Virus genome (UHGV): UHGV-1366990
Length of the DNA: 64,000 nucleotides
Direction: 5' to 3' (one strand)
Origin: a virus
The translations under genes and the position numbers were made by a program. Shown piece after piece: positions 1-9,044 of the stretch (position 1 is the stretch's first letter; each line of letters starts with the position of its first letter). The notes beneath the pieces were generated by a model that was not told where the DNA came from, did not search any database, and was given only the letters and a program-made list of their open reading frames with translations.

Positions 1-1
1 C

Positions 2-724
2 GCACAGATCTATGACGCCCTATCACAGGGCAACGCCTTTACCAATCCTCTCCCGTCCCTCAGCAGCGCCTCACAGGGGTTAATCACCAGTGGTAAGGCG
101 ACTACAGCGTCACTGGCTAACACCGGAAATGCGCAGATTCAGGAAGCGCTGACGGCAGGTGGGTTGACTACAGCCAAACTCAACGAATCTACAGCAATGT
201 TCAACTCAGCCAACAACAGCATCACTACTTTGAACAACTATGGCGACCAGTCAGTGAACGAGGCATATTCCCGCATCGGTACATCTGTGTCGTATAAGTC
301 CGCCCTGAAGTCTATAGGTCGAGAACCGAACAACTGTGATCTGATCAATAATGCATTTGGGATTATTCAGAACCTCGGCAAACAGTGGATCAACACCATG
401 CAAAGTGTTCTCACAACTATCACAAACAAGATGAATGAGCTGGCTGAGTTGGTAGCTCAGGGTGTCAGTGCTGGTCTTGATGCTATTCGGGCACTGGCTG
501 CTGAAGTTACTCAGGCCATCGACACTGCTGTCGCATCAGTAGCCTCTATTGCTCAGGACATCACGAACGGTATTGCAGCAGAGTTAGCCCATATCCAAGA
601 CATGGTTGGTAAGTGTCTTAACTTCTCTTTTGCCAACGTGATATCAGAGTGGGCGAAAGATATCTGCGCCGGAGGTGTCATCAACAGCATCGGTTCCGAT
701 AATCTGAAGAACGCACTGAAGTAA
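2..724 (+). CDS. Hypothetical protein, 5'-truncated at window edge; Ala/Asn/Ser/Thr-rich, possibly a virion protein
   Basis: Reading frame is open from position 2 and joins the listed ORF 164..724; product assignment is a guess from composition. Confidence 0.45.
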   Translation, partial: AQIYDALSQGNAFTNPLPSLSSASQGLITSGKATTASLANTGNAQIQEALTAGGLTTAKLNESTAMFNSANNSITTLNNYGDQSVNEAYSRIGTSVSYKSALKSIGREPNNCDLINNAFGIIQNLGKQWINTMQSVLTTITNKMNELAELVAQGVSAGLDAIRALAAEVTQAIDTAVASVASIAQDITNGIAAELAHIQDMVGKCLNFSFANVISEWAKDICAGGVINSIGSDNLKNALK

Positions 725-1132
725 TCAGTGCTCCCGCGCCGGAAGAACTCCCAATGGTTCGATGCCATCCAACAGCAGGGAGTTCACACCCGCATTACTC
801 AGTCTGATCAAGATTGTTCCCCCTGGGTTAACTTCAAAGATGCTCATCCCATTTCCAACCGCGTCGTTGTTAACGAACACACCCTGAGTTGCGATTCGTA
901 CTGGTTTATCTGTGTCATTCATGATCTTGAACGTCACGATTATATCCGATGTTGTACCCAGTCGTCCAACCATGCGTTGCTTCAGCTTGGTATAGAATGA
1001 TGGATTAAAAGTGATAATGATGCTGTTGTTCTGAGAGTAATAAATACTGGCTGAAAGGTATGGAATCTTCCCTTCATCGCCACGCCGCAGGAGAGGAATT
1101 GTGGTCCTCCAGTATGGCTTGAGGGTGCTCAT
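725..1132 (-). CDS. Hypothetical protein (alternative start at 973)
   Basis: C-terminal 135 aa of minus ORF 725..1540 look protein-like; weak RBS; convergent with the upstream + gene with no spacer, so uncertain. Confidence 0.25.
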   Translation of the reverse strand: MSTLKPYWRTTIPLLRRGDEGKIPYLSASIYYSQNNSIIITFNPSFYTKLKQRMVGRLGTTSDIIVTFKIMNDTDKPVRIATQGVFVNNDAVGNGMSIFEVNPGGTILIRLSNAGVNSLLLDGIEPLGVLPAREH

Positions 1133-1403
1133 GTTCTCATCAAAGCAACCTAAAGGTACGAGCTTCTGGAAGGGCTGGAACTCTTGCACGATGATGTCCA
1201 GCATACCCTTGTTACAAGTGGGAACGCTGGCCGACAACATCACAGGTACGGTGCGCACTTCTGGGGTCCAGAGTTCGGAAACAGAAATTATTGGCGTGAC
1301 AAAGATGCGACAGCTCGTAAACAAGAGCATCGAGCATGCCAACAACAATCTACTGATCCCGCGCATCAGGGTCACAACATATCTCCACAGCAAAGGTGCT
1401 ATT

Positions 1404-1916
1404 ATGTCCAACGTACAATTTAAGAACGAAAACCCTAATTTCGCGGCGTCCGATAAGTGGCGTCTGACTATCGGAGACCTTGTACTCCTAACCCGTAACA
1501 TCCACGACTTCAGTATACCAGGGGTGTACTCCGAAGGCATCGATGGTCCGTCTCCTGGTGACGTGTTGGTTTCTATACCTTCAGAGCGTTTAACCTATGA
1601 TCCCGTCGTATTTACTTTCGTTATAGACGAGGACTGGAAATCATGGTTACAGATCCACCAATGGATTACCAGCAACGTCGGCAAGGATTTGCCTGTCAGC
1701 AAGGACATTACCATTGAATTGCTGGATAACCTCAACCGACCGATTGGCCTCACTCTCGTGCTGGAGGAAGCCCGCCCGACTGCTTTGGACAACGTACTGG
1801 TGGACGTAGACGCGGCTGTACCTCAGCTAGTGACGACAGTGACCTTCAAGTTCCAACAGCTGGTTCCACTATCTGGTGGGAAGGCGATTGATTCTAATCC
1901 GCAAAATGTGGTATAA
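1404..1916 (+). CDS. Hypothetical protein; possibly a tail-tube/baseplate-tube family protein
   Basis: Internal ATG at 1404 of ORF 1101..1916 preceded by AAAGG; the N-terminal 100 aa of the long ORF look non-protein-like; family assignment is weak. Confidence 0.45.
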   Translation: MSNVQFKNENPNFAASDKWRLTIGDLVLLTRNIHDFSIPGVYSEGIDGPSPGDVLVSIPSERLTYDPVVFTFVIDEDWKSWLQIHQWITSNVGKDLPVSKDITIELLDNLNRPIGLTLVLEEARPTALDNVLVDVDAAVPQLVTTVTFKFQQLVPLSGGKAIDSNPQNVV

Positions 1917-1917
1917 T
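1888..1917 (+). promoter_or_regulatory. Sigma70-like promoter with extended -10 (TTGATT-N18-TGgTATAAT)
   Basis: Perfect TATAAT at 1912..1917 preceded by TGG, 30 nt upstream of ATG 1947. Confidence 0.45.
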
Positions 1918-1946
1918 TTTATGACATTGACAAGCTGGGATATTTT

Positions 1947-2399
1947 ATGAAAGAACAACTACAGACAATGGCTACCGAGGACATCATGAACGAACTGGAG
2001 CCGCTGATCACAGTGGACCCAGAAGACATGAACCTTGACCAGATCTCACTGAAAATCGGGCGCTCTTGGATGGCTGTACAGCGGCATTATCTGCGCGAGG
2101 GACGTTATCTTGAATTTCTCAACGGGCGCTTCCGCCAGATCGACCTCTATCTGCGCCGCTACTATGCAGGGGAGTTACCCCCTAACATCTACGCAGAGCG
2201 CCCCCTGAAGGTTCGCCCCCTGAAGTCTGACCTAGATACATGGGTCAAAGCAGACGATGACTATGTGGAGTTGTCTGTTCTGTTACAAGAACAAAAAGCA
2301 AAAGTCAAGTTCATAGAGACTTGTTTGGATCGCCTGAACAAACTGGGATACGAAGTGAAAAATGCTATTGAGTGGAGAAAATATATTGATGGTGTATAA
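1947..2399 (+). CDS. Hypothetical protein
   Basis: 150-aa ORF preceded by an extended -10 promoter (TGgTATAAT at 1909..1917). Confidence 0.6.
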   Translation: MKEQLQTMATEDIMNELEPLITVDPEDMNLDQISLKIGRSWMAVQRHYLREGRYLEFLNGRFRQIDLYLRRYYAGELPPNIYAERPLKVRPLKSDLDTWVKADDDYVELSVLLQEQKAKVKFIETCLDRLNKLGYEVKNAIEWRKYIDGV

Positions 2400-2414
2400 C
2401 GAGGATCACACATA

Positions 2415-3161
2415 ATGGCATCTCTCCAAGATCTACGCAAGCTGAATGACTTCGAAAACCGTCATTACACATTCCAGCAATACGAACTTCCTCATAAGGA
2501 ACTGGAGTGTGTTACGACGGAGAATGGTCGTCATTACGTTTCACCGTCTGGTGTAAAACTGACATCCGTCACGACTATGCTGGGACGCACTGGAGATCAT
2601 GAATGGCTTGAGTCTTGGAGGAAGAAGCTGGGCGCAGAGGCCGCTGATCTTGAGACCATGCGCTGTGCTGACCGAGGGGAGAAGCTGCACCTTGCTTGTG
2701 AACTGTATCTAAAGAACCGCCCAATGAAAGAAGTGTTGGAAGCGGCTGGCGAATACATGTTCATGTTCAAGCAGCTGTTCCCTTACCTGAACAAGATGAC
2801 AAAGATCTATGCTCAGGAGATCCCATTATATAGCGAGGTGCTTGGTCTTGCAGGTCGTGTAGACCTTATCGGGGTTTATGAGGGTAAACCTGCTGTCATC
2901 GACTTCAAGACATCGAACACCATGAAGACGCGGGGCATGATCGAGGATTACAGTATTCAGCTGTGCTTATATTCGGTCATGTTCCAGCAGATGTTCGGCG
3001 TCAAGATCACCCGCCTCATCAACGTGATTGCCAACGAGTCTTCCCCTCTACCAACCGTCATTGAGTTCAACCGTGATGACATTCTGACTAAGATGTTTGA
3101 GCGTGTTCGTCTGTATCATCGCATGGATAAAGAACAAAACGGAGTCTGGCCGGATCACTAA
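2415..3161 (+). CDS. Putative PD-(D/E)XK family nuclease (RecB/Cas4-like)
   Basis: Motifs GRVDLIGVY...AVIDFKTS...QLCLYS resemble the D/ExK and QxxxY motifs of RecB-family nucleases. Confidence 0.5.
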   Translation: MASLQDLRKLNDFENRHYTFQQYELPHKELECVTTENGRHYVSPSGVKLTSVTTMLGRTGDHEWLESWRKKLGAEAADLETMRCADRGEKLHLACELYLKNRPMKEVLEAAGEYMFMFKQLFPYLNKMTKIYAQEIPLYSEVLGLAGRVDLIGVYEGKPAVIDFKTSNTMKTRGMIEDYSIQLCLYSVMFQQMFGVKITRLINVIANESSPLPTVIEFNRDDILTKMFERVRLYHRMDKEQNGVWPDH

Positions 3162-3189
3162 ATACCCCATAATCCTTGGGAGATTTTGT

Positions 3190-4698
3190 ATGGCAGACAT
3201 TCAGATTGTTAAGGTTAACGAAGTCCGCATGCGTTGCATCGCAGATCTTTCTATCAGGGAAGAACTTAATGACTACTTCAAATTCGAAGACCCGAACTTC
3301 GTTCCCAACCCCTTCTCTAAATGGGACGGGGTTGTCCGCCTATTTACCAAGTCATCTGGTCTAATCGATATCGGTCTGCTGTTTGAGGTATTTAAGTTCT
3401 GTAAGAACAACGGATACACCATTGAACTGGATCCGGCACTGAAGTACATTCAGGACATCCCAGATGAAGAAATCCGTGAATTCATCGACAGCCTGCATCC
3501 AAAGATCCGTACCGAAAATCACGAATATATCGATGCCGAGACTCGTGACTACCAGTACGACACCATCGCCAAGGCTATGCGTCAAACCAGATGCGTCTGT
3601 GAACTGGCTACGAGTGCCGGTAAGTCCTTTATTCTGTATGTCATGGCGCGGTACTACAGGCGGCGCAGAGAAGCTCTCGAAAGTCCTCTGAAGACGCTTA
3701 TCGTGGTGCCGTCAATCCACCTAGTCACTCAGCTGTACGACAACTTCGAAGAGTATGCGCATGGCAGTGATTGGAAGCCCGTTGTTAACACCCAGCTGAT
3801 TTTTGAGGGCGCGACAAAGGAGATCAGTAAACCAATCGTCATCAGCACATGGCAGGGCATTCAAGACCAGTCGAAGGAATGGTTCCACCAGTTCGGCGAT
3901 ATCGTGGTGGATGAAGTGCACACCTCCAAGTCTGAGAAACTGTCTTACATCCTGAACAACTGCATCTATGCCGACCAGCGCCTGGGGGTTACAGGTACGC
4001 TGGCGAACACCAAAGTTGCCGGGCTTCAGGTGGTGGCTCACTTCGGGGCGTACCATAAGATCATCACGGCTCGCGATCTTATCAATCTCGGGTACGCCAC
4101 TGACATCAAAGTGAAGATGATTCAGCTGAAGCACACTCCGGCGGATGCTGTTGGTCTAGACGGGGATTATTCCAAGGAAATAGAATACCTTATTACACAC
4201 CAGTCCCGCAACGAACTGATCGCCAAGATGGCACTGAATCTGAAAGGGAACGTGGCCATCATGTTCGAGCGTATTGACGCCCACATGATGGTTGTGTACG
4301 ATATGCTGAGCGCAGTCAAGCCCAACGTGTTTGTCATCAACGGGGAAGTGAAGATCGAAGACCGCCGCCGCATACAGAAAGCGATGGAGGATGGAGAAGA
4401 TATCACGTTGTTGGCTTCATACGGGACAATGCAACAGGGTGTGTCAATCAAGAAGCTACACCACCTTGTACTGGCACACCCGAGCAAGTCATATATCCGT
4501 GTCATACAGACATTGGGTCGTCTGATGCGTCAGCACTCCTCTAAGGACGTCGCGTGGATATGGGACTTAGTGGATGATGCATCGTACAACGCCAGCACGA
4601 ACCACGCTCTCAGGCACTCTCATGAACGTTACAAGTTTTACCTGGCAGAGCGCCACCCCGTGGAGTTCATGAAGGTGGCGCTGGGCAATCACGATTAA
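3190..4698 (+). CDS. uvsW: UvsW-like SF2 DNA helicase
   Basis: N-terminus resembles T4 UvsW; Walker A TSAGKS, DEVH box; internal ATG at 3190 (MADIQ...) of ORF 3097..4698. Confidence 0.85.
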   Translation: MADIQIVKVNEVRMRCIADLSIREELNDYFKFEDPNFVPNPFSKWDGVVRLFTKSSGLIDIGLLFEVFKFCKNNGYTIELDPALKYIQDIPDEEIREFIDSLHPKIRTENHEYIDAETRDYQYDTIAKAMRQTRCVCELATSAGKSFILYVMARYYRRRREALESPLKTLIVVPSIHLVTQLYDNFEEYAHGSDWKPVVNTQLIFEGATKEISKPIVISTWQGIQDQSKEWFHQFGDIVVDEVHTSKSEKLSYILNNCIYADQRLGVTGTLANTKVAGLQVVAHFGAYHKIITARDLINLGYATDIKVKMIQLKHTPADAVGLDGDYSKEIEYLITHQSRNELIAKMALNLKGNVAIMFERIDAHMMVVYDMLSAVKPNVFVINGEVKIEDRRRIQKAMEDGEDITLLASYGTMQQGVSIKKLHHLVLAHPSKSYIRVIQTLGRLMRQHSSKDVAWIWDLVDDASYNASTNHALRHSHERYKFYLAERHPVEFMKVALGNHD

Positions 4699-5066
4699 TC
4701 TTGATTCACATAGGCGGGGGTGGCCTCGCCTTCATCAGTTACTACGCCGAACAATTTATCCAGAGAAGCCAGACATTGTGAGTTTAGGTGTTCACTGATC
4801 GTATCCTTCAGCATTTCTTCGCTGCCCAATTTGAATGGCAGAACTTTCGCTTCGATGCCGTTTTCAAACGTCACCACACCGACATACAGACCAACTTTCA
4901 GACCTGTCATCAAACCCAGAGGGACAAATCGCGGCTCCGATGGTAAGTTCTTGTCTGACGCCAGCTGTGTCAGATAAACCGGGGTGCCTGTGATAAATTG
5001 ACCTGTGGTGAGGTTGGCGTCTGGCTTACTACACCCGACTGCGTATAATCCTACGAACTGTTTCAT
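4695..5066 (-). CDS. Hypothetical protein
   Basis: 123-aa minus ORF, 4-nt convergent overlap with uvsW; followed by a 360-bp AT-rich intergenic region. Confidence 0.5.
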   Translation of the reverse strand: MKQFVGLYAVGCSKPDANLTTGQFITGTPVYLTQLASDKNLPSEPRFVPLGLMTGLKVGLYVGVVTFENGIEAKVLPFKLGSEEMLKDTISEHLNSQCLASLDKLFGVVTDEGEATPAYVNQD

Positions 5067-5181
5067 ATATTACTCTCGTGTGTTGGTTAACATGACATAC
5101 ATATTATTTCGCGTGCATGTTTAGACCAAATAAATTAATTTTGCTGTTGAATAAAAACTGCTTTCTTGTTGAACAACGGCG

Positions 5182-5190
5182 TGGTATTAT
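5182..5190 (+). promoter_or_regulatory. Extended -10 element TGgTATTAT
   Basis: In 360-bp AT-rich region upstream of gene 45. Confidence 0.3.
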
Positions 5191-5229
5191 ACGAGTTGTG
5201 AGCGTTAGCGAACAACGAGTATTTGTTTT

Positions 5230-5249
5230 ATGAGCGAAGCGAATAGGAT
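5230..5249. repeat. 20-bp element ATGAGCGAAGCGAATAGGAT, also present inverted at 48746..48765
   Basis: Exact 20/20 match on opposite strands, 43.5 kb apart. Confidence 0.8.
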
Positions 5250-5258
5250 TAATAAAGA

Positions 5259-5295
5259 TTATTATCTTTAATAAAGGTTATTATCTTTAATAAAG
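5259..5295. repeat. Tandem direct repeat, 2 x 18 bp (TTATTATCTTTAATAAAG) separated by 1 nt
   Basis: Copies at 5259..5276 and 5278..5295; partial third copy upstream. Confidence 0.8.
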
Positions 5296-5298
5296 TCC

Positions 5299-5319
5299 AT
5301 AAATGCCGAAGGCATTTAT
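5299..5319. repeat. Perfect 9-bp-stem hairpin (ATAAATGCC gaa GGCATTTAT)
   Basis: Inverted repeat read directly from sequence. Confidence 0.8.
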
Positions 5320-5427
5320 TAATAACGCGTAGCGCAATTTGCCACTTGTTCTATAAGCAAAACACAGCGATACTAGATTTCGTCAAACATGACTTGAACC
5401 CCCACTATATTTTGAGGATACATACAA

Positions 5428-6096
5428 ATGCAAGAGATCACTCTCTCCGAACGTACACTTCAGTTGCTGGCCAACTTTGAGACCATCAACCCATCTATCG
5501 TTCTGACACCGGGCAAGATGCTGCGCAGTATTAATGATTCTTCTACTGTGATCGCCGTGGCGCAGATCGAAGAAGACTTCCCGTTTGAGTTCCCGATTCT
5601 GGACCTGACCAAACTTCTGGCCATCCAGCGCCTACCTTCCTTCAAAGGTGCCAAAGCCGAATTCCATCAGGACTACATCCTGTTGAAAGGCGAAAGCTCT
5701 CAGCTGCAATTCTGGCGTTCTGCTAAAGAACTCACTGTTGTTCCGGCTGACACCATTGAACTGCCGTCTGTTGACTTTGAAGCGATCATCACTCCAGAGA
5801 AGATGAAAGAACTGACCCGCGCCTGCTCTACCCTCGGACACAAGACTGTGCGTCTGGTTGCTCAGGGTGGCAAAACTCGCCTGGTTGCAACCACCACTAC
5901 CCTGGACAACTCCAACAACTACACTGTTGAGCTGGGCGAAACCGCGCTGCCGGACTTCGTAATGCCGCTGGATGTTGCCAACCTGAAAATGATCGAAGGC
6001 AACTACACTCTGCGTGCATGTGCTGATCTACAGATGGTGAACTTCCAATCATCAGACGCGACGATCAATTACTTCGTCGGCGCACAGATTGAGTAA
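5428..6096 (+). CDS. 45: Sliding clamp (gp45-like)
   Basis: 222 aa; N-terminal similarity to T4 gp45; followed by clamp loader genes as in T4. Confidence 0.85.
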   Translation: MQEITLSERTLQLLANFETINPSIVLTPGKMLRSINDSSTVIAVAQIEEDFPFEFPILDLTKLLAIQRLPSFKGAKAEFHQDYILLKGESSQLQFWRSAKELTVVPADTIELPSVDFEAIITPEKMKELTRACSTLGHKTVRLVAQGGKTRLVATTTTLDNSNNYTVELGETALPDFVMPLDVANLKMIEGNYTLRACADLQMVNFQSSDATINYFVGAQIE

Positions 6097-6176
6097 TCAA
6101 TCTCCAGCCTGATGCTATAATGTGTGGGCGGGGCGTTCCCCGCCTATTTGAAATGATTCTTCTACACGAGGCTGAA

Positions 6177-7166
6177 ATGTCTAATATCACTATCGTTTCC
6201 GACCAGTACGCATGGGAAAACAAGTACCGCCCTGACAACCTGGACGAGATTATCATCCCTCAAGACGTCCGCGCTAAAATCCATGGCTACATCACCAGCG
6301 GTAACGGCAACATCCCGTCTATGCTGTTCTACTCCCCTCAGCCTGGTACTGGCAAGACTACCTCCGCCCTGGCCGTGTGTAATGAAATCGGTTGTAAGCA
6401 ACCACTGATGATCAACGCATCCCTGGACAACAGCATCGACGTTATCCGTGACCGCGTGATTCAGTACTCTACTGGTGTGAGCGTATTCGGTGGCCGCAAA
6501 GTCGTTATCCTCGACGAAGTAGAGCGTCTGTCTATGGCGGCACAGGAGTCGCTGAAGGGTATTGTGGAGAAGGTCTCCAAGAACTGTTCATTCATCCTGA
6601 CCACCAACGCCAAGCAACGTGTGAACGAACCTCTGCGCTCTCGTTGCCGTGAAATCGACTTTATCTGGAATGAGACCGAGGCTGATGAGGTCAAACTTCA
6701 GTTCATGCGCCGCTGTGCTGAAATCCTTCGCTGCGAAGGTGTTGAGTATGACCCTCCTGTGTTGGCTGCTATTGTCAAGCGCCATTTCCCTGATAACCGC
6801 CGCATCATGGGTGTTCTACAGGATAACGTCACCACTTACGGCAAGATCGACGAACGTGCACTGGCTGTGTTAAAATCGGCCGATATGGGCATGTTGGTGA
6901 ATATGTTGAAGGATAATGACTGGGCTGGGATGAAGCAGTGGGTGACCGACAACCAGAACTATATCACTGAAGACTTCTATTCCCGCTTCTTCCAGTTCTG
7001 TGTACCACAGGATAAAGAGAAGCAAATGTTGGTCCAGAATGAGTCTATCCCTGATCTGGTATGCGTGTGTGGTCAGTCTCAGATTGAACACCGTCAAGTC
7101 GGCGATGTCTGGCTGCATGCTGTGTTTTTCCTGACCAATGTCATGCTCAACATCAAGTGGAAGTGA
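6177..7166 (+). CDS. 44: Clamp loader large subunit (gp44-like AAA+ ATPase)
   Basis: KYRP...SPQPGTGKTT Walker A, SRC motif; collinear with T4 gp44; start at MSNIT with GAGG RBS. Confidence 0.9.
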   Translation: MSNITIVSDQYAWENKYRPDNLDEIIIPQDVRAKIHGYITSGNGNIPSMLFYSPQPGTGKTTSALAVCNEIGCKQPLMINASLDNSIDVIRDRVIQYSTGVSVFGGRKVVILDEVERLSMAAQESLKGIVEKVSKNCSFILTTNAKQRVNEPLRSRCREIDFIWNETEADEVKLQFMRRCAEILRCEGVEYDPPVLAAIVKRHFPDNRRIMGVLQDNVTTYGKIDERALAVLKSADMGMLVNMLKDNDWAGMKQWVTDNQNYITEDFYSRFFQFCVPQDKEKQMLVQNESIPDLVCVCGQSQIEHRQVGDVWLHAVFFLTNVMLNIKWK

Positions 7167-7170
7167 TATT

Positions 7171-7593
7171 ATGGCCGCCCTTGGATTGTTCGATTACCTG
7201 GCTGCTCTGAACAGCAGCAAAGAAAACCTTTTGCGGTCTGATGACCCAGAAGTGTTGAAAGGATTCGACCCGTTTATGACGCGGCGTGGTTTAGCTCAGA
7301 GCAAAGACACTCTAGTGGCTGCGCAACAGATGAATAAGCTACATGCTATCACTCCATGGATGCAATGGTCATATGCCTTTTACACCATTCCGGCTCGGAA
7401 ACGCTACGACAAATGGTCTAAGAAAGGTCCGATTGATCCTGACGTGAAGTTACTCTCCGAGTACTTCTACATCAGCATGGAGAAGGCATCGGAGTACGTC
7501 CGTTTCTTGCCGAAGGAAGTCCTGGCCGAGATACGCGAGAAGATGAGACGTACTGAGCTGAACGCCAAAGCGAAACCGCGCAAGGCTAAGTAG
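7171..7593 (+). CDS. 62: Clamp loader small subunit (gp62-like)
   Basis: PARKRYDKWSKK resembles T4 gp62 PRGKRYGKWAK; conserved position after gp44. Confidence 0.7.
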   Translation: MAALGLFDYLAALNSSKENLLRSDDPEVLKGFDPFMTRRGLAQSKDTLVAAQQMNKLHAITPWMQWSYAFYTIPARKRYDKWSKKGPIDPDVKLLSEYFYISMEKASEYVRFLPKEVLAEIREKMRRTELNAKAKPRKAK

Positions 7594-7622
7594 TTCAAAC
7601 TATTGTAAAAGGGGAATGAGTC

Positions 7623-8087
7623 ATGGCGCGTAATACGCTAGACATATTGAATATTTCAGCAGTCAACGATGAGGCCAGCATCGTTGATTGTATGGTTGAA
7701 GTTCAATTGAACCAAGATCGGCCAGGTATATTCCTGGGGATCAAGGAAACACTGAGTCGAATTGGGGTAAACACGCGCCAAGAGCCGAATACTCTGTATC
7801 AGACTTGCCATATTCTTCATAAGTGTGGTAAGTATTATATCGTCCACTTTAAGCATCTATTTATGCTGGACGGGCATTACAACGGATTTAACCGCGAAGA
7901 TGTCCTGAGGATGAACCGAATCATCAAGCTGCTGGAGCAGTGGAACATGGTGAAGGTCATTCATCCTGAGCAGGTCACCGAAGCAGCCGATATGTCTCGC
8001 ATTAAAGTGGTTAAACACGATCAGGTTCCTGAATGGAAGCTGGTTCCAAAATACATCATCCGGCCTACAAAGGCAAAAAGCGAATAA
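7623..8087 (+). CDS. regA: RegA-like translational repressor
   Basis: LYQTCHILHKCGKYYIVHFKHL and EWKLVPKYII closely match T4 RegA. Confidence 0.85.
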   Translation: MARNTLDILNISAVNDEASIVDCMVEVQLNQDRPGIFLGIKETLSRIGVNTRQEPNTLYQTCHILHKCGKYYIVHFKHLFMLDGHYNGFNREDVLRMNRIIKLLEQWNMVKVIHPEQVTEAADMSRIKVVKHDQVPEWKLVPKYIIRPTKAKSE

Positions 8088-8103
8088 CTGGAGTCGCTAT
8101 ATT

Positions 8104-8976
8104 ATGACAACTACATTTTCTAAGAACGTGAATCTGAATCTGGCTTTCGGTAATGCAAAGGGCGACGTCACATCGCCCGACTTTGGTAAGATCCGCAATC
8201 AGGCGAAACTGGTGCTGGAAGAAACTCGTGAACTGCTAGAAGCGGCGTATTTCGACCACGAGGTGAAAATTGAGTTCACCGCATCTCCGCGAGTCCTGAA
8301 AGAACCCGTTGTTGTCGACATCAAAGACATTATGCGCCAGATCATGGATGCCCAGGGCGACATCACAACAGTCAACGACGGTTTGGCTCATATTGCTGGT
8401 TTCGACGGTGACGAATGCCTACAGCGCGTGTATGCGTCTAATATGAGCAAGTTCGTTCGCAATGAAGGTGAAGTTGTTCCAGCGCTGGAGTATTACTATA
8501 ACAAAGGATTCCCACGCGAAAGTCTACGCATCGAAGGGGAATTCCCTCAGGCGTGCATCAAAGTGGTGGACACCATCACTGTCGACAGCAAAGAATACCC
8601 GGCTGGCAAGTTCCTGAAGAACATGGCAACCTTCAAAGAGCCTGACTTCTCTGATATGTTGACCACCGAGCCTAAGCGCCAGATCACCGAAATCATTCTG
8701 ACGGGCACGGCTACCCCAGGTCGACTCGGATGCAACGAACATGCTGGTGTTGCCTACGCGCCGTTCGATTTTATTGACGAGATCGTGGGATACACCAAGA
8801 TGGGTTTCCAGGCGTTCTCTGGCGAAACAGTCGAGAGCTACATTCCCGTGTTTGTTTTCAATGAAGACAACTTCCCAACTCTACCGTTGATCTGGGGTGA
8901 ATGGAAAGCCAACGTCCGTATCTATGTGGCCAGCCCAGTGCAATCATCTATCACCCAACTGACCCGTATCGATTAA
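8104..8976 (+). CDS. Hypothetical protein; N-terminal region weakly MazG/HisE-like
   Basis: 290-aa ORF; EETRELLEA motif; sits where T4 has gene 43. Confidence 0.55.
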   Translation: MTTTFSKNVNLNLAFGNAKGDVTSPDFGKIRNQAKLVLEETRELLEAAYFDHEVKIEFTASPRVLKEPVVVDIKDIMRQIMDAQGDITTVNDGLAHIAGFDGDECLQRVYASNMSKFVRNEGEVVPALEYYYNKGFPRESLRIEGEFPQACIKVVDTITVDSKEYPAGKFLKNMATFKEPDFSDMLTTEPKRQITEIILTGTATPGRLGCNEHAGVAYAPFDFIDEIVGYTKMGFQAFSGETVESYIPVFVFNEDNFPTLPLIWGEWKANVRIYVASPVQSSITQLTRID

Positions 8977-9044
8977 GATATACAGTTATTCACTAAACAA
9001 CAGAGGCTATAATGGCCTCTGTTTTCGTATTCTAAGAGGATACC

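Noticed and set aside
728-1000. 90-aa plus-strand ORF
   Set aside because: Cys/His/Trp-rich and overlaps a more plausible minus-strand frame; no RBS
1101-1403. N-terminal extension of ORF 1101..1916
   Set aside because: The first 100 residues are Cys/Trp/Ser-rich and non-protein-like; the internal ATG at 1404 with an AAAGG RBS is preferred
1927-1932. Perfect TTGACA hexamer
   Set aside because: Lies only 15 nt upstream of ATG 1947 with no -10 at suitable spacing; the upstream extended -10 promoter is preferred
3097-3189. Upstream extension of the uvsW ORF
   Set aside because: Homology to T4 UvsW begins at MADIQ (3190); the extension overlaps the previous gene
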